Assembly (NCBI RefSeq): GCF_006345805.1 | Contig: NC_043006.1 | Coordinates: 74,958,001-75,022,000, forward strand | DNA from: Octopus sinensis | Taxonomy: Eukaryota | Direction of reading: 5' to 3' | Length of the DNA stretch: 64,000 bases | The notes under the pieces: model-generated | Told to the model about the DNA's origin: nothing | What the model saw: the letters and a program-made list of their open reading frames with translations, nothing else | Database searches by the model: none | Made by a program: the position numbers and the translations under genes | Part shown: in pieces, positions 53,398-64,000 of the stretch | How positions within the stretch are numbered: the first letter of the stretch is position 1 | How the letters are laid out: each line of letters opens with the position of its first letter

Positions 53398-56300
53398 GAT
53401 TACACCGAGAGATTACACCGGGGACGTTAAGCATGTGAGAGCGATAAAACAGTGCTCCGAAATCTATCCACAAACATTGGAAACAAAGACATCGCATGGA
53501 GCTAAAAAATAATTGACAAAGGATTGGACTATATCCGAGTAAGTAATACTCATTGAAATTTATTACTATTTTCAAAACGAAATGATGTATTTTAACTCGA
53601 TATCATCTCCACCTCTAACACAACACATGTAAACATGCTTGATACATTACGATCCATCAACACCAGATCATCTCCGGCCCCAAACACCATGTACAAAAAA
53701 ACTACGAGCAAATTAAATAATACCGGTATTATTCAACCCAAGAATAACAATCGGGAAGTACGTACTGTAAACTTACAACATAAAATGTACGAAAAACTAC
53801 ACGTGCAAAACAATGTGACAACAGAAATGAACGGACCGGTACCCTACGAAAATGACGACTGTCCAAATAATGGGCCGGACGTTGTTCCTCATGTTCCACA
53901 AATAAAACCCCAAAAACATAAATGGACACGTGAGGAATACATTTCTATCTTACACGCTTACTTTACAGCAATGCTCTACCCAAAGAATGAAAATACAACA
54001 ACACATACATACAAAATATGGAAGAAAAATAACATAAAGACCTGGATACAACAATGAACCCTAATAAACTAGCAAATATACGGAGATATATTCTCAACGC
54101 AAAAAAATATCAGAAATAGAAATAGAACGTTTAAAAGAAAAAATACATCAGGAAAATGTAGATAGAAGCCACACAACAATGCCAAATAATATAAACACTG
54201 AAACAGTAAAACACGAAAACAAACGTAACATTTCCAACAAAAACGATGTAAACAAAAAACAACCAGCCCAGACCGTAAGGATACATAATAATACACGACA
54301 AACAAACATACGGTTGAGAAAGAAAGCGACACAAATCTAAAACCTGGAAACAACGAAGGGGAGCCTAATGATTATGAAACTATAAAAAGTAGAATAATCA
54401 AAGAACTGAAAACCACAGAGCTCAAAATGGACCACCGACCATACCTCCCAAAAATCAAAATAGACAAAACAACAACATCAATTATAAACAACATAAACTT
54501 AGCCGTCACGGAACTAATAGCTACTGAAACAAAAAGCGATATCACTGAGCTAAATGACTTAGTATACTCAGCAGCCACTGCAGCCACAAAAGAAGCTGGA
54601 TACTCACTCAAACCCATCCAAACAGGAGTACCACCACCCAAACAAACCCTGTGGATAAATAACATCCAAAACAAAATACAAAAAATGAGAAAAGATCTGT
54701 CGATTCTTAATGAAATCAGTAGACAATCAACGCTACTGAGCAACAAAAAGAAAACAAAAATACTCCGCAAATACAACACCACAGAAAAAGATTTACCTGA
54801 GATAAAAGAGAAGCTAAAGCAAGATATCCTTGCCAAAGCACAAAGGATCCGCCAACGTTTCTTTGAACAAAACAAACAGTTCAACTCCAACCCCCAAAAG
54901 TTCTACCAAGAACTTGGCAAAAATAAAATAGAAATCACTGCAGCACCAACGGCAGAAGAAGTGGAAGAATTCTGGAGAGAAATATGGTCGGCGAACGAAC
55001 AACCAAAAAAAAAAGGAGTATTAAAACAACAAACTCAGCATCTGAGCAACTTTGGACCCCCATAACAACTGAAGAGGTCACCCAGGCACTGCAAAGACTA
55101 AGCAACTGGAAGGCACCTGGGCATGACAAGATTCCCAACTTCTGGTTGAAATATCTAACAGGAATGCACAAAAAGCTGGCTGAAAATTTCAACAACATAC
55201 TGGCAGAGCCAGAGACAATGCCTGAATGGCTCACGAAGGGGAAAACCATCTTAATGCCCAAATCAAATGAGACAGCAAAACCAGAAAACTACAGACCTAT
55301 AACCTGTCTCCCTACAATGTACAAAGTATTTACTGCAGTAATATCGCAAAGATTGAACAAGCACCTGGACGAAAACAACCTGTTTCCAGAAGAGCAGAAA
55401 GGATGCCGCAAAACTCATATGGCTGTAAAGATCAACTAATGATCAATAAAGCCATATCTGAAGACAGCCACAGAAAGAAGAAAGGCCTCAGTATGGCCTG
55501 GATCGACTACAAAAAGGCGTTTGATAGCATCCCCCACACATGGATTCTCGAAACACTAGCCATGAACAAAGTTGCACCAACAATTATAAAGTACATAGGA
55601 CACTATGAATAAATGGCAAACAGTGCTACAGCTCCAAACAAAAGAGGGACTTGTGAAAACCAAAGCCATCCCCATTAGAAGAGGAATATTCCAGGGAGAT
55701 ACGCTCTCTCCACTCCTTTTCTGCTTGGCACTGTCACCTCTATCGGATATGCTAAACAGAACTGGATGCGGATATAAATGTTACGGCAAAAAGATCAGCC
55801 ACCTTTTATATATGGATGACCTAAAACTATACGCTACAAATGACAAACAGCTGGAAACACTACTAAAGACAGTTCATGGATTTACCAAAGAAATAGATAT
55901 GAAATTTGGATTAGAGAAATGCGCCAAAGTAACCCTGAAAAGAGGAAAACTAGTTAAGAGTAGCAACATCACACTAGATAAAACCAATGAAATAAAAGAA
56001 TTAGACCAAAGCCAAACTTACAAATACTTAGGAATCCATGAACTAGATAAGACACAACCACCACAAATGAAATAGAAAATAAAAAAAGAATATTATAGAC
56101 GAGTTAGATCAATACTGAAAACAGAGCTCAATGCTAAAAACAAGATAATAACTGCTAAAAACTGCAAAAGATCTACTTCAACGAAGAAAAACTATACAAA
56201 TAGCGGCAAAACAACGAGCAAAATAAAAAACTGTTCTCAGTATTTAAGGAAGCTGACAAATACAAACAAGAAATCACACCACCTAACAAATATGAAGAAG

Positions 56301-57152
56301 AAGAAGAAGAAGAAGAAGAAGAAGAAGAAGAAGAGAGAAGAAGAAGAAGAAGAAGAAGAAGAGAAGAAGAAGAAGAAGAAGAGAAGAAGAAGAAGAAGAG
56401 AAGAAGAAGAAGAAACAGCAAAAGCTATAAAACAAATGAAATCCAAACTAAAAATAGAACAGCAACGAACCATGATAAAACGATGGCAAGAAAAGCCCCT
56501 TCATGGCAAATACTGGACTAAACTAAATGCAAAAGAAATAGACAAAGAAAAATCCCAACAATGGTTGAGAAGCTCAGGACTCAAAGCAGAGACAGAAGGA
56601 TTTTTAATTGCAGCACAAGACCAAAGCCTCCCCACCAGAAATTACCAAAAACATGTAATGAAAAGAAATATAACAAGCAACTGCAGAATATGTGGAGATG
56701 GACAAGAAACAATAAATCATATTATCTCTGGCTGCCCAGTCCTGGCTAAGAAGGAATATATTCACAGACACGACAGAGTTGGGACCTATATACACTGGAA
56801 ACTATGCCAACATTATGGAATAACAACAGAAAAAAGATGGTATAGGCACACACCAGAAAAGGACACAGAAAACGAGAAAGCAACCATACTCTGGGATATG
56901 CCAATACACACAGATAGAGAAATTAAGGCCAACAAACCAGATATAGTTGTCAGAGATCATGAAGAAAAAAAATGTTTTCTAATTGAAGTATCAATACCAA
57001 CGGATGACAACGTGTCTCTAAAAGAAATGGAGAAACTTTCAAAATACAAAGACCTGGAACTAGAGGTAACCAGAATGTGGAATCTAAAAACAGTAACAAT
57101 TCCTATCATAATATGTGCATTAGGCATGATAAAAAAATATTCAGACAAATAC

Positions 57153-57211
<59 letters not shown>

Positions 57212-57504
57212 TATTATTATTATAGAGGATCAATGGTGCAGAGGGTACAGAGGAGCAGAGGAGCCATGGTATAACCCACTATGGTTTGGTAAAAAATATT
57301 CAGACAAAAACATAACAAAAACACCAGGACTTACAAACACATATAACATACAGAAAATTGCACTACTAGGCACTGCACACATCCTACGCAGAACACTTTC
57401 CATACAATAACCATCAGAGCATCACAACAAATCACAGCACATACCCAAGACACACAGAGCTGCGCTCGGTAGTGAAGTGAAAGCACACTATAAAAATAAA
57501 ACTA

Positions 57505-57508
<4 letters not shown>
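53398..57508 (+). mobile_element. Near full-length R4/Dong-type non-LTR retrotransposon, frameshifted
   Basis: N-terminal KHKWTREEY; WKAPGHDKI; NYRPITCL; WIDYKKAFDS; RGIFQGDTLSPLLF; YMDD; CRIC...H...GC; RHD; KPDIVV...LIEVS...KLSKY; stop at 57410; (TAA)n at both ends. Confidence 0.95.
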
Positions 57509-57574
<66 letters not shown>

Positions 57575-58247
57575 TTTATAATGCCACCTAAATTCTTGAA
57601 GGGTCGATGGCTTAAACTACTTGGCTTAAACACATTTGTTGATTGTATCGTAGGTGCATCATTGTATGATTCGGTGTGTCTTTGGCGATTTTAAATCTTA
57701 CGGAGACCATCTTTCCGTGGTTGATAAAATTAACTATCTAGTGCTGAAGTCAATGATATCGATACACGCCCTACCCCTAAATATCATCGGTAAAAAAAAA
57801 AAGGTAACACCCAACACCAGGGTAAGACTATGACCCGTCATTCCAGAAGTTCTCTTCTGTTCCTTTTTTTGGGCAGATTCACTATCCATTGGGGGATTCC
57901 CAGGTCTGTCGCAGCTTCACCATCTTACTCATTTTTGCTGGCTGGGTGAACCTGACCAACGCGAAATTAAGTGTTTTGCTGAAAAACAACGCATCACCTG
58001 GTTCAGGTACCGAAATCACAATCTTACAATCACGAGTCCAACACCCTAACCACTAAACCACGCGCCTTCAGCAAATATCAGCCTTGTGTCTAAATCCAAA
58101 GCACGGATTTGAAAGGTTTATTCTGTGTTTGAACTGATCTCTTTAGCTTGTATATAGCAATATACACTTTTTCTATACGTTTGCAATTTCCCTCGTTATA
58201 GAACTTAAATATATATACATACATCTAAGAGCTCCGAAATTTAGCAT

Positions 58248-58287
58248 GGTCCTGTGTGTTCTGGGGCACCAGAACACACGGGGCCAA
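58248..58287. repeat. GC-rich hairpin
   Basis: TGGTCCTGTGTGTTCTGG-GGCA-CCAGAACACACGGGGCCA. Confidence 0.75.
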
Positions 58288-58429
58288 CTCTGTCGTTTTA
58301 ATTATCAGGCAAATTGATATTAGAATAAAAGGGAAATCGTTGAGTTTCAATGAACTCGATTACTATGAAGAATCGAATAGTAAGCAATAGTGCTTCTATC
58401 TTAAATAAAGTGTCTGTCTATCCGCTCAG

Positions 58430-58706
58430 CCGAAGTCGACTCTCGGTCCGCTTCTCTCAGATTGGCTATGTCCATTCCGGTATCACTCATGATGGTGTCA
58501 AGCCAGCGGGTTCTTGGTCGGCCTCTTCCTCTCTTGCCACTGACAATTCTGAGCATGATGTCCTTCTCCAGGGATTTTCTCCGCATAATATGACCGAAAT
58601 ATGCCAATCTATGCTTGGTGATCCTAGCTTCTAGCGATATTTTCGGCCTTATCTGCTTAAGAACTTCTCCATTGGTGAGCCTCGCTGTCCATGGAATCCG
58701 TAAAAG
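58430..58706 (-). mobile_element. RTE-clade LINE C-terminal fragment
   Basis: LLRIPWTARLTNGEVL...LAYFGHIMRRKSLEKDIML...GKRGRGRPRTRWLD. Confidence 0.9.
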
Positions 58707-60204
58707 GTCTAAAATAAAGTGTAGTGAATGATGAAAGTGAAACTAGCCTGACAAGAAGTGAACGAAAGTGTACGTCATTGAAAGTACATAGAAACAAACT
58801 CTGTAACCAACTAGAGTAGAAATACTGTATCTTTTGTATATTATTTTCAGAAACGTTCGTCCTTCAAAAGACCAGGAAGTCGATTTCTGCTGAAAGAGTC
58901 AAGGAATTTCCTTTAAAACCCAAGACGAAAAATCATATGGGAATCTTCCGGAATAGAGAAGATAGGCGTTTTCAGGATCTGCACACACATACTTTTATCT
59001 ATAAGAATAGATTACTAGTTCTTCTCCACAACCAAAATTAACGACCTCACTCACTGCTTTTGTAAATTGTTGAGTGCATGTAGCTTGGAGTTAACTTGTA
59101 AGCAAGTTCACTTGCTCGACAAACTTAAGTCAATAGATCTAGATCTGGTCGCCATCAGTGAAATCGAAATTCCTGGGATGCACGTACTTGTACCCTTATT
59201 TGATGACTACATAGTTTACGCATCTTTTATTTGAAGAAGATCAGATGGGTTGCAGTGCCATTTCAGAACGTTTTGGATCTTGAAGTATTAACTATTTTCC
59301 TGGAACTGGACAATAAATAGTAACGAAAGTGGTGTCTTCAGGCTCTTGGCACGCTTATGCATTGACTGGAGCTGGATGGTTGGACCTCTGTTGTCTACAA
59401 GCGCTTTTGGGAATGACCCGTTCTTATGCAATAGAAGGAGTCTATAATGAACACCTCAGACTCAAGTGGAAGTTGCAGATGGTTAGCCTATAAGAAATGC
59501 GAATGTAACATCCTTCCAAATACCTTAATGTTGATAAGGGCCAACTAAATGGAGTCATCTTGAACTTATCAAGATAAAGTATTCGCTTAGTATCTGGATA
59601 AGGATAGCGTAGGGTACCTTCCAGTTTTAGAGAGCCAGTGACCTTAACTTTCATAATTCTTCGCTCAATCTAAATAGGACGCATAGACAAGGACCCGATT
59701 ACCGAATAATTGAATCAACGGGAGCGGTATACGGAAGTTAAAGCTGATGTTGTTGTTGCTTAACCCAGCTCAAATCAAGTAAACCAATGGCATTCTAGCC
59801 ATTCTAACCGTGACTATTCCATTTATTTCCAGGGCCACATTATCCAATATGTTCTTTTCTAAGACAGCAAACTGTGCTTTGAAGAAGATTTATTTGATAT
59901 TTTCAGTAAGTTGAGTAGCCACATTGATGCTCCCACGTTGGTTCAAATACATTGCTTGTTCTATTCGTAGTATTTACAGATCCATATAAGAATTTGAATA
60001 AAACAACACGAAAATACAAGAAAAACAAATTAAGCAAATTCTTTTAAATTCTTGCCCCGAGAAGTAATATGATCCTTATTTACATCTAAGCAGACTGAGC
60101 CAATAACATTTAAGAAATAGCTGTCGCGGAGCAAAATATTTCACTGATGTTTTTTAAAAAAGAAATATTGTAATTAAATATTATTTTTTTCTCTTTTGTA
60201 TTTT

Positions 60205-60645
60205 TTACGTGTTTCAGTCATTGGACTGTGGCCATGCAGGAGCACTACCTTGATGCATTTTTTGTTTCGAACAAATGAATCCCGGTAATTCATTTTAAAG
60301 TCTAGTATTTATTTCTTCGGGTTGTTTTACTGAACCGCTAAGTTACGGGGATGTAAAAAAAAAATTTTTTAAGCACAGTTGTCAAGTGTAGTGAAGGTGG
60401 TGTGGAGGTGAGGGTGATAGACAAACACAGTCACAAAGACACACACACATATACTGACAAACAGGCACACACATATATGACGGGCTTCCACACAGTTTCC
60501 TTCTACCAAATTAACTTAGAAGGCTTTGGGCAGCTCGGTGATATATTAGAAGACAGTTGCCCTAGGTGCGGCACAGTAGGACTGAACCCGAAGTTACATG
60601 GGTGCAAAGCAAAGTTCTTAACCACACAACCATGCGTGCGCCTAT
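60205..60645 (-). mobile_element. SINE family A, diverged
   Basis: TGTTTCAGTCATTGGACTGTGGCCATGC ... GGACTGAACCC ... ACCACACAACC. Confidence 0.75.
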
Positions 60646-61387
60646 GCGCCAAATTCTCACACCCTTCATGTACAATTTGCATTGAATCTATTTAATATTT
60701 TTCTCATTACTATTTCAGGAAAAAACGACGAAATCTTAGGTTCCTTGGGGAGGTTCAATAACACCGAAACATGTAGAGAGTTGTCTCCTATATTTCCCGC
60801 TTAAATTAAAATAATATCAGTAAATGTCTTTTTTATTTTAACTCTCTGTATATATGTTTTTTATTTTATTTTATCTAGTTTCAGCTCATGAGCTGTGGCC
60901 ATGCTGGGGCACCGCCATTTGGTGTTGCTACATGATTTTACTTCACGAATGCTTTTTAGCATCTGCCATTTGGTGCATGAGAGAGTTCGATGTAGCTGCC
61001 CTCATCTGCACCTCCTGCCGTGAAGTTGGTTCATCTGTATAAGTATTTTTAATTAGATATTTGCTGTAGACTGTATTAAACACATTAACACTAACTTAAC
61101 TTATTGCTCTGTTAGTGATTTACGGACGGAACTCGATCTTTGTTGACCTTGTAACCGGATCATTTCTCCACTCGGCTTGCTTGTACAATGAAAGGTCAAT
61201 ACAACACGCCCTCATTACATATCTGTATGCAAACGACTGAAAGAAAGCATTTATTATCGAATATTAAATCAGTTAAAAAAAAAAGAAGAAAAGAAATACA
61301 GAAACAAAAGCAAAACTCTTCTTTCTTTCACTTATGTATAATAACCGGTTGTTTCATGCAAGACAAAGAGTGTTACTGTATTGCATA

Positions 61388-61423
<36 letters not shown>

Positions 61424-61617
61424 GGTATGTATGTATGTATGTATGTATGTATGTATGTATGTATGTATGTATGTATGTATGTGTGTGTGTGTGGATATGT
61501 ATGTATGTATGTATGTATGTGTATGTTGGTGTCTGATCGTGTATAATTATGAGAAAGAGAAGATTAATTACAAAGTTTGCCAAAATGAATGATAAACTAA
61601 GAACGATAAACCCCGCT

Positions 61618-61652
<35 letters not shown>

Positions 61653-61813
61653 AACACACACACATATAAACACATTACTCGCATACACAAACATATATGC
61701 TTGGGGACCTCTGTACGTGTGTGTATGTGTGTGTGCGTGTGTGTGTGTGTGTGTGGGTATGTATATATTTATGCAGGCATATATATGTTGGTATATGTGT
61801 GTGTATATAAATG

Positions 61814-61886
<73 letters not shown>

Positions 61887-62097
61887 GTATATATATGTAT
61901 GCATGCATGTCTGCATGTATGTATATATGTATGTATGTATATATGTATGTATGCATGCATGTCTGGATGTATATATGTATGTATATATCTATACATACAT
62001 ACATATGCATGTATGTATGTATGTATGTATGTGTATATATATATATATATATATATAACATATACTTATACATATATATTATATATATAATATATAT

Positions 62098-62149
<52 letters not shown>

Positions 62150-62473
62150 TATATATTATATATATATATATATATAATTCAAAACCATAACTCCCCCTCT
62201 GTTCACGTTCTTACAGGTAGAAAGCAACGGCGAAAATTTTCAAATTGTGATCTACTAAGATCTGGCTTTGAATAAATAAAAAAAAGTTATACCACTCCAC
62301 ATAAATGTATTGAGTACGCTTTCCCTTAACTACTACCCCGTAGCTTCATTTCTCCCAGCTCTTGATGCCTGTTTACAGTCAATGATTACAGATAAAGCCA
62401 TTTAACTACACCAATTTGGCCCTTCTCACTATTAAGATTTATTGGAGAATAACATCTCTTTCTCTAATCTCAC

Positions 62474-63108
62474 CTTCCGCTTTGAGTGAAAGCTGACGAT
62501 TCGCTATAGGGCGACAAACGTGGAATGAAATACATAATATGCGGTTCTTTTTGGGAGATCTTATACTTTATATCAATGAGCTCAGTCAGCCGTGTCCATC
62601 TCCTTACAAAGTTTTTGTTATACGCCACGTCAACACTGAATGGCAACAAAACGTTCTTAACGATTGGGTGAATAGTTTTGAAGTTTCCTTTCACCATAAA
62701 GCACACCGCCTGACTGACATGTGCCACGATGGAGAAGCTTCTACGTGGTCGCTCGACCCTCTTGAAATAATTACTATTGTTAAAACTGCGTTCTGTTGTC
62801 TGAAGGACTCTGAAAAAGCAACCCAACACCTCTCGAATGGAATTATACGGTCTGAATGTGGCTCAAAGAGGTTGATTGGTGTGTTAGAAATAGTAGGCGA
62901 ATATCCCTCAGATCACATCGTCCCGGAGACTCAGGGAATCGCAAAGCGCTCACTCACTCTGCTGGAAATTGTAGCTAAATTTCCTTCAAATCACAGCCTA
63001 CATTCTGAAGGATCCTCAGCGCTGCCGGTTAACGTGCAAAAAACAGCAACCAACTCTCCTTCAACTCAGGCCTTGTAGCTTGACAGAGCTTCAACCAGGT
63101 CGCTCTAC
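62474..63108 (-). other. Candidate exon in unique sequence (gene unidentified)
   Basis: Minus-strand acceptor TCTTCCATTTCTTGTAG and donor AAG|GTGAGA bracket 635 bp of non-repetitive, GC-richer sequence; no recognised protein. Confidence 0.25.
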
Positions 63109-64000
63109 CTACAAGAAATGGAAGACGACTCTCCGCACAAATCACATCCAATAGCTTTAAACAAGGAAGGACAAATGAAATGATGTAACAACCCTAAATA
63201 TCTTTAAAATTACGGTTAGCAAATCATTGATTTCCTTCATCAAGGTGAACTTGGAGCTTATTTTAGCTCTTTATTTTAGCGAATCTGAAAAGATAAAAAG
63301 CAAAGTAATCATCAACAGAATTTGAACTCAGAACAGAAAGCCAGAAGAAATGCCGCCAGGTATTTTGGTCCTACATGCTAACCATTCTGCCAGTTCTCCG
63401 CTTGGAACTTACTTTAAAGAGACTGGAATGAGACCAGAACGCCTACTGTTCACCACCTCTTTTAAAAATAACTATCTTTGTGCTAAAATGATGGAAATCT
63501 ATAATTTATATACATAATTTGTTGTATTAATCTGTTGCCTTATGTGCGTAATAATCTATCCCTTTTATGTTTCTTTTCTGGAGAGGTCAACCCAAAGGCA
63601 AACGTTTTTAAACACTTATAAATATTCAAACGTGTCATTCCAGAGAGGAGACACAATTCTACGTAAGACAAAAATGTTAACTACAAGAGTGAATACATTT
63701 GATTATTGGAAACAAAATAAGAATGAATAAAATATCTATATGCAATTTCAGTGTGTGTCTGTGTCATTCGATCCTAATCATAAAGACTTTATAATAATAG
63801 CGACCCTTTGTTACCAGGTGTCATGAGAAAACGTAGTCTATTCTGTTCTCATACTGTTATTAATTCAATTGTAAATATAACTTCTGAATCTGTTTACTGT
63901 GACACTGACAGATCCGCCATATTGTGTTCATTTATTTTTTCGAATTACGTAATTTTTCATCATTCGTTTTCTTTGTATATTATTTGGGCGCGTGTATTTA

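Noticed and set aside
58850-59670. Unique region as coding exon(s)
   Set aside because: Acceptor-like sites occur on both strands but frames close quickly and do not join in phase with 62474

Overview
AT-rich, microsatellite-saturated eukaryotic DNA with no recognisable host protein-coding gene. The tRNA-headed SINE families and repeat style suggest an octopus-like cephalopod intergenic or intronic region (inference). Most track ORFs are microsatellite artefacts. Supported content: many copies of three tRNA-headed SINE families; four R4/Dong-type non-LTR retrotransposon copies (RT plus restriction-like endonuclease) in (TAA)n tracts, one near full length; RTE fragments; a Ty3/gypsy integrase plus LTR remnant; a Penelope GIY-YIG fragment; mariner, Tc2/pogo, hAT and Merlin-like non-autonomous DNA transposons; a 107-bp minisatellite. 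The main hidden signal is a set of short, unrelated non-coding islands in (TA)n tracts that carry type I hammerhead ribozymes. Three have intact cores, one is a U3-A8 core variant and several are decayed. Three islands share a Penelope-like inverted-copy architecture. A twice-repeated ~195-bp element also folds like an HDV/CPEB3-type ribozyme lacking P4. All folds were read by eye and boundaries are approximate.
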